Source: a virus | Strand: one strand, 5' to 3' | DNA length: 64,000 nucleotides | IMG/VR virus record: IMGVR_UViG_3300045988_128600 | Part shown: one piece after another, positions 51,184 through 61,859 of the stretch | Numbering within the stretch: the first letter of the stretch is position 1 | Layout: each line of letters opens with the position of its first letter | Made by a program: the position numbers and the translations under genes | The notes under the pieces: model-generated | What the model was told of the DNA's origin: nothing | The model's database searches: none | What the model saw: only the letters and a program-made list of their open reading frames with translations

Positions 51184-52770
51184 ATGAAACATACAAGTAT
51201 TAAATTAAATACACCTTGTGAGTTTATAAATATAACTCCTGTAAATCCTTTAATTTCTAAATGCCAAATTAAGGTTTGTTATGTAGATGATAAACCTAAT
51301 CGTAATAAAAGCGTAATTACTAAAGATGTAGCGACTGAGATGGCTAATAGTCTTCCAGGCAGTCCTATTGTTGGCTTTTTTAACGAAAATACCGAAGATT
51401 TTGAAGAACATAATAGGATAATTGAATTATCTAACGGCGAATTTAGAATGAAAGATAATACTCGCCCTTATGGTTTTGTTGATCTTGGAGCTAAAGTTTG
51501 GTTTTAGAAATTTTTGGATGATGGTGTTGCCGAACGTGAGTATTTAATGACTGAAGGTTATTTGTGGACTGGTTAGTATCCTGAATGTAAACGTGTAGTT
51601 GATAAAGGGAATAATCATTCTATGGAGCTTGATGAAAAAACATTAAATGCTACGTGGGCAAAAGATAGTAATGGAAAGCCTTAGTTTTTTATTATAAATA
51701 AGGCAATTATTTCTAAACTTTGTATTTTGGGAGAAGAAAATGAACCTTGTTTCGAAGGCTCCCAAATCAATGTGAATTTTTCATTCGATGATGGTTTTAA
51801 GAACACTTTGTTCTCCATGATGAATGAACTTAAAGAATTTATGAAAGAAGGAGGACCCAAAGTGTTTACACAATATGCTGTTGAAATTGGCGATAGTTTG
51901 TGGAATTCTCTCTGGTCTTATGTTGAGACTAAGTATCCTGGCGAGCCTAGTAGTTATTGTTCTATTTATCGCATTGAAGGCGTTTATGAAGATGCTGGAC
52001 AAAAGTTTGCTATTCTTCAAAATAGACAAGACCAAAAATATTATCGCATGGACTTTTCTCTTACCGATGTAGAAGGCTTTGTTCCTTCTGACGCTTTAAC
52101 TGAAGTAACTAAGTCTTATACTCCGGCAGCAGAGCCTCAGTTTGCTCTTGCTGATGTTGAAGCTTTTGAGACTGATTATGCTTCAAAGAAAAAGGCTGAG
52201 GAAGAGGACAAAAATAATAAATCTAATGGCCAAAACCCTGATAATAAATCAGAGGGCAATGATAATAAAAAGAACCCTGATAATGGGGAACCCTCTAATA
52301 AGTCTGATAAAGGCGACAATGGCGAGAATGATGATGATAAAAAGAAAAAGAAAAATTATTCTCTTGAGGACGTTGTTGAATATACTGAACTTAAAGCTCA
52401 GTATGATGAATTACAGACTAAATTCGCGGCTCTTGAAACTGAAAATAATAGCTTGAAAGAGCAAATTGCTCCACTTGCTGAATTTAAAAATGCCGCTGAA
52501 AAGAAAGATAAAGAAGATATGATTGCTAAATTCTATATGCTTTCTGATGAAGATAAGGCTGATGTTGTTGAAAATATTGATAAATATTCTCTTGATGATA
52601 TTGAAGCTAAATTATCTGTTATTTGTGTTCGCAACAAGGTGAGTTTCGACCTTGACGAAAATAATAAGCCCAATGGTGCTACTACTTTTAATTTGAACAA
52701 TAATGGTTCAGAAGATGATGATATGCCCGCTTGGGTGAAGGCGGCTTTTGCTACCGCCAACAAAAATTAA
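51184..52770 (+). CDS. scaffold-like protein with acidic/coiled-coil C-terminal half, TAG-recoded
   Basis: 51184.. and 51727.. share a frame and are joined by 3 TAGs. The C-terminal half is a K/E/D-rich coiled-coil-like region. Confidence 0.4.
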
Positions 52771-52787
52771 TAAGGAGGACATACTAA

Positions 52788-53705
52788 ATGTTTAAAGACT
52801 TTTTGAATAAGAATCTTCCTATTAAGTCTCAGGCAAAGTATGTTGAGTTTGGTTACGGTCAGGTCGAGCCTAATCACCTTTCCGCACAAAGAAATGCTCA
52901 AATCTATGCTCAACTTCCCGCCAATAAAGACATTGAGATTCTTGAAAACGGTCAGTTTGTAAAGTATGACTATGCTGCTAATAATAACGGTGTCGGCGAA
53001 GTCAACTTCACTGGCGAAGGCGAATGGATGCTCGTTTATAACGAGATTAAACTTTATCGTGATCATTATGATGGCAGTAAGCAGTGGGATTGCGAATTTG
53101 CTATGATTAAAGATGACTATCAGGCTCGTGTTTATAGCCCTTATGATTGGGAGCATACCGAGGTTGAATATGGTGGTCGTTTCTGGAATGGTGTTGATGA
53201 AAAGGGTCAAACCTATAAGTTAATCAATCAGACTGTTTCCGCTGATCAAGGTTTAAAGACTGTTACTATTGCTGGTCGTGTTTATGATGTTGATGAAACC
53301 GGCAAGTTTACTTATGATGGTAATGAATATACTCTTGATAGTAATCATCAGGTTGCTAATGTTCCTGTAAAATATTACTATGATAAGCTTCTTACTGATG
53401 TTCCTGATATGTATGAAATGAATTGGACCGCTGATCCATATCATAAGTTAGGTATTTATCATGAGAAGTTCATGGAATCTGGCACTTCTATGGTTCCTCG
53501 TGTATTTAAGACCATGATTGGTGATCTTTATACTACTAATATGATTAATGAAGAGACTCTTGCTGTTGGAGATAAGCTTTCTCCTTCTGCTGCTACAAAG
53601 GGTATTCTTAGCAAAACTGGCGACGATTCAATGACCTGGCAGGTTGTTAAGGTTTATACTATGCCTGATGGTCAAAAGGGCGTCAAGGTAATGCGTATTA
53701 AGTAA
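52788..53705 (+). CDS. head protein (no TAG codons)
   Basis: 305 aa, uninterrupted, ends TAA. Confidence 0.4.
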   Translation: MFKDFLNKNLPIKSQAKYVEFGYGQVEPNHLSAQRNAQIYAQLPANKDIEILENGQFVKYDYAANNNGVGEVNFTGEGEWMLVYNEIKLYRDHYDGSKQWDCEFAMIKDDYQARVYSPYDWEHTEVEYGGRFWNGVDEKGQTYKLINQTVSADQGLKTVTIAGRVYDVDETGKFTYDGNEYTLDSNHQVANVPVKYYYDKLLTDVPDMYEMNWTADPYHKLGIYHEKFMESGTSMVPRVFKTMIGDLYTTNMINEETLAVGDKLSPSAATKGILSKTGDDSMTWQVVKVYTMPDGQKGVKVMRIK

Positions 53706-53722
53706 GAAAGGAGAAAAGGATA

Positions 53723-54829
53723 ATGTTAGATAAAAATAATTTAATTGCTCTTATGAAGCAAGTTGCTAAGGCTGATCCTTCTGCTCCTGTTGCTTATAGT
53801 TATGAGGGAAAAAATCTTAGTTATGAAGCCTTAAATGAAACTCTTCGTAATGAAATGAATGAGTTGGCTGGTACTTACGCTCTTTATCGTGAAAATAAGA
53901 ATCTTATTTTCTCTATGATTGAGCAAACTCTTGATGAGGTTCTTCCTAAGAAAGTTATTCAGCAATATGATCAGTTTGCTGAGGTTAAGACTTTCGCTCA
54001 AGGTGATAAACCTATTTTCCGTCGTCCTCTTAATAATCGTGCTCGTGCTAAGCAGTTTGTAACTCGCGTTGGTCTTGCTGGTATTTATGAAGTCTTCAAG
54101 CTCGGACCTAAAGAGAATGAAGCCTTCGAGGTACGTACTAGCGCTATCGGCGGAGCTGCTCAGATTGGCTTCGAAGAGTTCCTTGATGGTCGTGTTGATT
54201 TCGGTGAAGTAACCAAGATCATCATGGATGGTATGGATGAACTTATTTATAAAGAAGTCGCTGCTGCTCTTAGATCTTCTATTAATCAGCTTCCTCCTGC
54301 TAACCGCGTTGCGGCTGCCGGATTTGATGAAGCTGCTATGGATCGTTTGATCACTATTGCTTCTGCTTATGGCACTCCTACTATTTATTGTACTTATGAG
54401 TTCGCTGTTAAGATGATTCCTCATGAGGCTTGGAGATATACTGAAGCTATGAAGAACGAGCTTTGGAATAATGGTCGTCTTGCTACTTACAAGGGCACTA
54501 AGGTTATTATTCTTGAGCAGGGCTTTGAAGATGAAACCAATACTCGTAAGGTTATTGATCCTGGTTATGCTTGGGTTATTCCTACGGGCACTGATGGTAA
54601 GCCTGTAAAGATTGCTTTCGAAGGTGGCACTATTGTTGACGAGTTCAACAATTATGATCGTTCTCGTGAGATTCAGGTTTACAAGAAGGTTGGCGTAGTT
54701 TGTATGCTTGCTAATAACATCTGTGCTTATGTTGATACTTCACTTCTCGGTCAGATGTATACTTGGAATTATGATGGAGTCACCGGTAAGGTTGTCACTT
54801 ATGATGGCCGTCTTGATGGCAAGATTTAA
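53723..54829 (+). CDS. major capsid protein (putative; no TAG codons)
   Basis: 368 aa, followed by a strong terminator, and located downstream of the portal and scaffold genes. Confidence 0.5.
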   Translation: MLDKNNLIALMKQVAKADPSAPVAYSYEGKNLSYEALNETLRNEMNELAGTYALYRENKNLIFSMIEQTLDEVLPKKVIQQYDQFAEVKTFAQGDKPIFRRPLNNRARAKQFVTRVGLAGIYEVFKLGPKENEAFEVRTSAIGGAAQIGFEEFLDGRVDFGEVTKIIMDGMDELIYKEVAAALRSSINQLPPANRVAAAGFDEAAMDRLITIASAYGTPTIYCTYEFAVKMIPHEAWRYTEAMKNELWNNGRLATYKGTKVIILEQGFEDETNTRKVIDPGYAWVIPTGTDGKPVKIAFEGGTIVDEFNNYDRSREIQVYKKVGVVCMLANNICAYVDTSLLGQMYTWNYDGVTGKVVTYDGRLDGKI

Positions 54830-54848
54830 TTTAATATAAATTATTCCA

Positions 54849-54885
54849 TGGGGAGAAGGGATTAAAACTCCCTCTCCCCATATTT
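54849..54885 (+). terminator. rho-independent terminator
   Basis: tggggagaaggga-ttaaaact-ccctctcccca hairpin, then a T-run. Confidence 0.65.
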
Positions 54886-54916
54886 TTGTTTTATGAGTAA
54901 AAGGAGAAATTGAATA

Positions 54917-55510
54917 ATGATTAATAATGAAGATATTTATAATGTAAAAAATAGAAGCACTAGCGTAGTTGTTTATACTATTCCTGATACAAATTTGCGT
55001 CGTGAATTTGCGCCTGGTGAAACTAAGCGTATTCCATTTGGTGAGCTAGAGAAATTAACTTATCAGGCAGGCGGCCGCGAATTAATTGCTAATTTTTTAC
55101 AAATTTTAGAGCCAGAAGTAACTCATACTCTTAATGTTCATACTGAACCTGAATATAATATGTCAGAGCAACAAGTTGCTGATTTAATTCTTAATGGCTC
55201 ATTAGATGCTTTCTTAGATGCTCTTGATTTTGCTCCTATTGGAATTATTGACTTAATCAAGAATTTATCTGTTAGCCTTCCTATTACTGATATTAATAAG
55301 CGTAGAGCTTTGAAGGAAAAAACTGGGTTTGATGTTGATAAAGCTATTGCTAATGATATCGCTAGTAAAGAAGAAGATACTATTGTAGAGAAAGAACCGG
55401 CAGCTAAGCGTCGTGTAGTAAGAGAAGAACCTACTACTCAAGGTCGTCGTACAAGCGGTTCTGGATATAAAGTAATTAATAAAACCGAGGAAACTTCCTC
55501 CAAGAAATAA
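54917..55510 (+). CDS. virion-associated hypothetical protein (no TAG)
   Basis: 197-aa ORF. Confidence 0.4.
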   Translation: MINNEDIYNVKNRSTSVVVYTIPDTNLRREFAPGETKRIPFGELEKLTYQAGGRELIANFLQILEPEVTHTLNVHTEPEYNMSEQQVADLILNGSLDAFLDALDFAPIGIIDLIKNLSVSLPITDINKRRALKEKTGFDVDKAIANDIASKEEDTIVEKEPAAKRRVVREEPTTQGRRTSGSGYKVINKTEETSSKK

Positions 55511-55529
55511 TTTATAGGAGGGCGATTAA

Positions 55530-56102
55530 GTGGGAACATTATTCTCAACTGTTTATAATCGCTTTCTAAACAAGGTTACTGATGATATGTATCTGGAATT
55601 GACTCCTGAAGATACTCTAAGAGATTTATAGAATCTTATAATAGATGCTATTCCTGGATTTGAATTTCCGCGAAAAAATCTTTTAGATTATAATTTAGAT
55701 GTCGCTACTATTAATGAATCTGACGCTATGCCGGATGATTTTATTGTAGGAACAGTATGGGGGGAACTTCCAGAGCCGGGTGAAGAACCTCAAGTTTTAG
55801 TTGATAGATCCAGTTTTAATTGTGATCTAACTGAAGAAGAAATTAATATTTTAGCTATTTTAATGATGTGCGGTTGGACGCAAAGACAAGTCACTTCAAT
55901 TGAGAATACTCGAATGAAATATAGTGGCTCTGATTTTAAATTTACTTCTTAGGCAAATCACCTATCAAAGTTATTGAATTTATTAGGTGAATGCCAAAGA
56001 CAATCTCACCATATGTAGCGTTTATATAAACGCAGACGTTTAAATAATAAAGGTGAGTATGAATCTAATTGGGATGTATTTAAAAGTCGATATGATTACT
56101 AA
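55530..56102 (+). CDS. head-tail joining-region protein, TAG-recoded
   Basis: AGGAGG SD then GTG; 3 in-frame TAGs; ends TAA. Confidence 0.4.
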
Positions 56103-56395
56103 ATATAATTTTGATATTCCAATAGAGAGCATAAAAGTAAATTGCTTGCGCTTAACCAATCAATTATGGAAATTAATTCCAATGCGCGAAAATAATGAAG
56201 ATTGGCATAAATAGCTAGAAACTGTTATAAATGAAATTGTGGGGTTTAGTGTGATTTTTAGCGCTGAACCCCTTTATTTATAGTTATTAAACAAACTTGA
56301 GGGATTATAGAATCAAGATACTGATTTTAATTTTTACCGTAAGACTGTATTTGAAACTATCAGTCTTTTATAGGAGATAAATTATGGCGTCAGGG
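56092..56395 (+). CDS. hypothetical small protein, TAG-recoded
   Basis: An ATG frame bridging the neighbouring genes, with 4 TAGs. Confidence 0.25.
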
Positions 56396-57448
56396 TTTGA
56401 TTATAGTAGTAAGCAACCTTTTAGATTATAGCAAGGTCGCTTAGGAATTTATGATAAACCACCCTTTGAAGGTAGCCCTGTTGAAGGCGTTAATTATATG
56501 GCGGTTCGGCTCGGTCAAATGGGCGGAAACCGCCAACAAGAGCGTATGATTTTATCTAAACGTAGAAGTTTAGATAGGGCAGTATGGAATTCATACCAAG
56601 CCGCGGAAATTATTAAATAGGATGCGGAATATAAAAAACCTATTAGGTGTTTGATTAATCCTAATAAATTAAAATAGGATTATGATGACAAGATTTTATC
56701 TGTTGGAAATGAATATTAGTTTAAACCAGGAGATATTTTTGAATGGTGTGGAACTAATACCTATTGGATTTGTTATCTTTAGGATTTGACTGAATTAGCT
56801 TATTTTAGAGGAGATATTAGAAAATGCTCTTATAAAATAAATTGGGTAGATGAGGGAGAGAAAAAGTCTACTTATGCAGCAATTCGCGGTCCTGTAGAAA
56901 CGAAAATTAATTATATTCAAAAACATGAAATTAGTGTAGATATTCCTAATTATTCATTAAATATTTTGATGCCTAAGAATAAAGATACTTTGAGTTATTT
57001 TAAGCGGTATACAAAATTTTATTTAGATAGTTAGGATGACGGAGATAATTTAATTTGTTGGCGTGTTGAAGCTGTAGATTCTATAAGTATGCCTGGTATT
57101 TTAGAAGTCAATGCGACTGAATATTATATTAATGAGTAGGAAGATAATTTAAATGATAAGACTGTTGGTTCTTTAATTGCGGAACCGATTGATCCGAATC
57201 CTACGACAACTGATATTATAGGAGAAACATTTATCTTTCCAAAGAAAAGTTATACTTATTATTTTGATGGTGAAGTTGTTTTAGAATGGAGCATAAAGAA
57301 TAATAAGAAGTTGCCGGTTTCTTTAAAAATTATTAAAGAAGCAAAAAAACCAACAGTTGAAATAAGTTGGACTTCTGGATATAGTGGATAGTTCGATTTA
57401 TTATATGGAGATTATAAAAAAACGATAATTGTTCAATCATTGTTTTAA
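56384..57448 (+). CDS. structural protein, TAG-recoded (about 354 aa)
   Basis: TAGGAG SD then ATG; about 9 TAGs; ends TAA. Confidence 0.45.
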
Positions 57449-57463
57449 GGAGAAAAAGGTGTT

Positions 57464-58045
57464 ATGAAGATTGATGGAGTAAAGATTCCTAAATCTAGTT
57501 TCTTATCTATGGAAAAGGATTTAGAAATTGTTGTAAATCATTTATGTAAAAATGAAAGATTAAAACGTTTATTGTATTATACTACCCCAGATGCTATAGA
57601 CAAGCCAAATCTGAGTGATGAACAAATGATTTAGTTATTTAAGAAAAATATTAAATTAATTCCTAAATTATATGTTGATGGTAGTGTTTTAAATTATGTC
57701 GTAATTAGTTTTGATAATTTTATTCCTAATGATACAAATCCAGAATTTAGGGATAATATTATTGAATTTGATATAGTTTGTCATTATGATTAGTGGCATT
57801 TAAAAGATTATTAGTTGCGTCCTTATCGCATTGCTGCGGAAATAGATAGTATGATAGATAAAACACATTTAACAGGTATTGGAAAATTGGAATTTCTTGG
57901 TGGCAACCAAATTATTTTAACTGATGAATATGCTGGTTTATGTCTTATGTATACTGCTATTCATGGAGAAGAAGATAAGAAATTTATGCCAAATCCCAAT
58001 GATGAAGAAAGATTTTTAAAAGACTTTTAGGATCGAACTAAATAA
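57464..58045 (+). CDS. structural protein, TAG-recoded
   Basis: 4 TAGs; ends in the TAATG overlap with the next gene. Confidence 0.4.
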
Positions 58046-58770
58046 TGGATTTACGTTTAGGCTTAATGTGCGGAATTGATTTACCAATACCAGAACTTTA
58101 GGCTACAATTCATTAGCCAAAGATAAAAGAGATTGCTTTTGTCGGTGAAAAAGATTTCTTCCTTGGGGTTCAATGTCTTTGTATTGATAAAAATATAATA
58201 GCCAATTAGGGCGAAAGTCTTTTAGTTAATACGAATAATTTTTAGATATTTATGACAATGATGAAAGAAAAAGAGATGGCTGAAAAAAAAGATTCAGTCA
58301 TAAATGTTTTTTCTCTTATATTTCCAAAATATAAAACTTTATTTACTCCAAGATCTATCATTTTACAAAGTGATACTTAGATAATGATTGATGATTCAAA
58401 TTTTGAAATTCTTTAGGAATATTTAAAGGAAATATTTTGTTTTAAATCTTCTATGTCTCAAGAGCTGGGTTTTAACCCTGCTAATGATACTGCTAAAAAA
58501 ATTGCAGATAAATTAATGAGAGGTAGATAGAGAGTTGCTGAATTAAATGGTTCAGCTAATGTTAGTATATTTAGTTAGTATCTTTCAATGCTTACTGTAG
58601 GTTTAGATTCAATGTCTCTACAGGATTTAATGGATTTAACAATGTTCCAACTTTTTGACCTTGTTGAAAGATATTAGCTTTATATTAATTGGGATATTGA
58701 TATTCGGTCAAGGCTAGCGGGCGGAAAACCTGATGGCAAACCGGAGAACTGGATGAAAAATATCCATTAA
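58045..58770 (+). CDS. structural protein, TAG-recoded
   Basis: About 11 TAGs; about 241 aa. Confidence 0.4.
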
Positions 58771-58794
58771 ATTTATTAAGGAGGAAAATAACCT

Positions 58795-59793
58795 ATGAAA
58801 TTTGGTGTTCGCGAAATTTGCGATGTCGTTTTAAAGGCTAAGGCAACTCAAAAGGTTGGTAATAAAATCTTTTATAGAAATGAGCCAGTTATTTATTTCG
58901 ACACTTTAAAAACTTCCAGCATGGAAGGCGCTGCTACCACTGTATATGCACAGGGAGGACGCGGTAATGCTCGTTTAGTAGCCTGGGAAGGTGAGCGTAC
59001 TGTTACCTTTACAATGGAAGATGCTCTTATTTCTCCAGAAGGTTTCATGATTCTTTCTGGTGCTGGTCTTGTTGAAGCAAGTGCTACTAGTACTATTAAA
59101 CAGCACGTTACTGAAACTGTAGATAAATCACAAATTGATAGTACAACCACTGAAGGACAAGTTACTATTCGTGTTTCTAAAAAGCCCTATCTTCCAACAG
59201 ACGAACAAGAGAATTTTGCTTATGTTATGTTTGTCAAAGATGGCGAAATTATCACTGAGCCTTTTATTCCTGTCCATGAGGAGTTAACTGCTAAGACAGA
59301 TACTAACGGTAATGAATATTTTGAATTAACTCTTAAAACTCCACATGATGATTATATTGCTGGTACAGGTAATTATACTTTTAATGAAAAGAATGGCCTT
59401 CCAGCGGCTGCAGCATATGATAGTGCTATTGTTGATTATTATACTGAAAAGGCTAGTGGCGCTCAACAGATTGAGATTACTGCTGATAAATTCGGTGGTA
59501 ACTATTATCTTGAAGCCTCTACTTTATTCCGTGATCAAAATGGTGTTGATATGCCTGCTGAATTTATTATTCCTAACTGCAAGATTCAGTCTAACTTCAC
59601 CTTCACAATGGCTTCTTCTGGTGATCCTTCTACTTTCACCTTTACTATGGATGCTTTCCCTGATTATACTCGTTTTGACCACAGTAAGAAAGTTCTTGCC
59701 GCAATTCAAATTATTGAGGAAGGCGGAGCTAGTGACCTCCATCGTACTATGACTGCTCACGATGAGGCTCACAATGCTTCTTTCACTGACTGA
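58795..59793 (+). CDS. major tail protein (putative; no TAG codons)
   Basis: AAGGAGG SD; 332 aa; located upstream of the chaperone and tape-measure genes. Confidence 0.4.
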   Translation: MKFGVREICDVVLKAKATQKVGNKIFYRNEPVIYFDTLKTSSMEGAATTVYAQGGRGNARLVAWEGERTVTFTMEDALISPEGFMILSGAGLVEASATSTIKQHVTETVDKSQIDSTTTEGQVTIRVSKKPYLPTDEQENFAYVMFVKDGEIITEPFIPVHEELTAKTDTNGNEYFELTLKTPHDDYIAGTGNYTFNEKNGLPAAAAYDSAIVDYYTEKASGAQQIEITADKFGGNYYLEASTLFRDQNGVDMPAEFIIPNCKIQSNFTFTMASSGDPSTFTFTMDAFPDYTRFDHSKKVLAAIQIIEEGGASDLHRTMTAHDEAHNASFTD

Positions 59794-59966
59794 TGATTAT
59801 TAAAGGTAAACGTTGGAACATCCAAAAGAAAACTGAGGAAGTAAAAAACAACAATACCAAGAAAGAGAAAAAAGCTGTTAAATCTATCAAGGTTCCTGAA
59901 GAACCTGTGATTTCTGAAGAAGAAATTGATGAGGTCAGCAAATTCTTTAATTTAGATAAAGAATAA
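59793..59966 (+). CDS. small basic protein
   Basis: ATGA overlap with the upstream stop; 57 aa. Confidence 0.3.
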   Translation: MIIKGKRWNIQKKTEEVKNNNTKKEKKAVKSIKVPEEPVISEEEIDEVSKFFNLDKE

Positions 59967-59968
59967 TT

Positions 59969-60010
59969 TTATGGGAGAGAATAGAAATATTCTCTCCCAT
60001 TTTTTTTATT
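59969..60010 (+). terminator. rho-independent terminator
   Basis: tgggagagaata-gaaa-tattctctccca hairpin, then T8. Confidence 0.65.
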
Positions 60011-60031
60011 TAGAGAAAAAGGAGAGATAAT

Positions 60032-61138
60032 ATGAATTCGTTATAGAGAAGTATTAAGGCCAGTCCAAGAGAAATGAATACAGAAGATTTTTTAAAGAAA
60101 TCTTATGAATTTACAAAAAGAAGTATGAGTTAGAAATTAAGAGCAAGAGATACTTCTGAAAAACAAGCTAAAAAATTAGAAGAATTCTTTCAAAGTATTC
60201 AAAATAGATAGCTTGGAAATCCTATCGAAAATATCCAAATGAGTGAATTATTAGATGCTTTAGAATAGATTAATCCTTAGCTTTTTAATTCAATGAAATA
60301 TTTATTTACTACGCCAGATAACTATGGAGATTCTAATGATGCGCATGGTAAATATTTTGAAGGGGTTATTGCGGAAGCGGTTGCCACTGCGGAGAATTAT
60401 TTTGCTGGTAATAAAACTATGACTATAAGTGGAAGTAGTAAAAAGGCTGGAACCGCATCTGTTAATCTTATAGATTTAGCAAAGGATTTAGATGAAGATA
60501 CAAAAAATCTAATGAATGATATTTATTAGAAAACTGCCCAAGAAATGAAAAAAGATAGTGAAGCTGCCTCTTCTATGATAAAAGGAGTTTCTGGCAAAGC
60601 GGATATTATAGGAATTTAGTAGAATTATACAATATAGAAAACTAGCCATTTAGAATTAGATGAAGAAATTTATGATGCTTTATTAAATGCTACTTTTACT
60701 GCGAAAAATTATATGTCTAACACTTAGATTGAATTAGGATCTACTAATCCTTTTCGTGTTTTTATGACTATGATTCCTCTTGGAGGAGCTACAAGTAAAA
60801 TTTAGAGATATTACCGTATGTTGGCTTGTAAATAGAAGCACTTTCCTGATAAGCATCCTGATGCACCAAAGTATTTTTATAGATTAAGAGCTATTTATGA
60901 ATTAACTGGTGGAAAATCTAATTATACTAATACTGTATTAAATAAGCTAATAGGTGGAAATTATACTAAATTTTTAGTTTTAAATTTATAGGGACATATA
61001 AGAGTTATTCCTACTTAGAGTGTCATAAAAGAGCTTATTGACAATATTGATGATGATTAGTTTAATAAAGATATAGATTGGCAAAAGGCTTTATATGGAC
61101 GTATTAGGATTAATCAAAATAAATTTAGTGAAATTTAA
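60032..61138 (+). CDS. tail-region protein, heavily TAG-recoded (about 15 TAG)
   Basis: AAAGGAGAG SD then ATG; the frame is open to TAA at 61136 only if TAG is read as sense. Confidence 0.4.
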
Positions 61139-61140
61139 AA

Positions 61141-61169
61141 TTGACTAAATAGAAAATTTTTTGTATAAT
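61141..61169 (+). promoter_or_regulatory. sigma70-type promoter TTGACT-N17-TATAAT
   Basis: Lies directly upstream of the AAGGAGG SD and ATG at 61197. Confidence 0.45.
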
Positions 61170-61196
61170 ATAATAAAGAGTAAAAGGAGGCTAATT

Positions 61197-61730
61197 ATGG
61201 CTAAAATTTCATATACTAAATTAGGAATTGGCAAGGAAGAATTGAATAAAGTTCAGACTGTAGAATATAATGATCAGACTATTGAAGTAAAGCAATATCT
61301 TCCAGTTGCAGAAAAGAGTGAATTAATTACTCGTGTATTAAATAATTCTGTAGATGAAGACAATGGATATTATAATCTTTTAAAGATGGATATGCATCTT
61401 GCGCTTGAGATTGTTTATGCTTATAGTAATATTAATTTTACAGAAAAGCAAAAAGAGGATTCAGCGAAGCTTTATGATATGCTCAATGCTTCAAAGGTGC
61501 TTAATCTTATTATTGGTCTTATTCCAGAGGGGGAGTTTTATTATTTAAATAAGACTGTCCATGAAATGGCTAATAATATTGTGGCTTATCGCAATTCCGC
61601 AATGGGAATTATGGAGCGCATCACTACTGATTATAGCAATTTAAATTTTGATGCTAGCACGATTCAAAAAGAGCTTGCCGATCCTAATAATATGACTTTA
61701 TTGAAAGATATTCTCACTAAATTGGGCTAA
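61197..61730 (+). CDS. tail assembly chaperone-like protein (by position; no TAG)
   Basis: 177 aa, immediately upstream of the tape-measure gene. Confidence 0.35.
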   Translation: MAKISYTKLGIGKEELNKVQTVEYNDQTIEVKQYLPVAEKSELITRVLNNSVDEDNGYYNLLKMDMHLALEIVYAYSNINFTEKQKEDSAKLYDMLNASKVLNLIIGLIPEGEFYYLNKTVHEMANNIVAYRNSAMGIMERITTDYSNLNFDASTIQKELADPNNMTLLKDILTKLG

Positions 61731-61782
61731 TTAAATTATTTAATTTAATTAATTTTTTAAAGTCATTAGAGTAATGGGGATA

Positions 61783-61825
61783 AGAGTATTTTATTACTCT
61801 TATCCCCTTTTTATTTTTATTTTGC
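61783..61825 (+). terminator. rho-independent terminator
   Basis: ggggataagagta-ttttat-tactcttatcccc hairpin, then a T-run. Confidence 0.6.
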
Positions 61826-61859
61826 AAAGTAAAAATTAAGAGAGAAAGGAGATTTTTTG

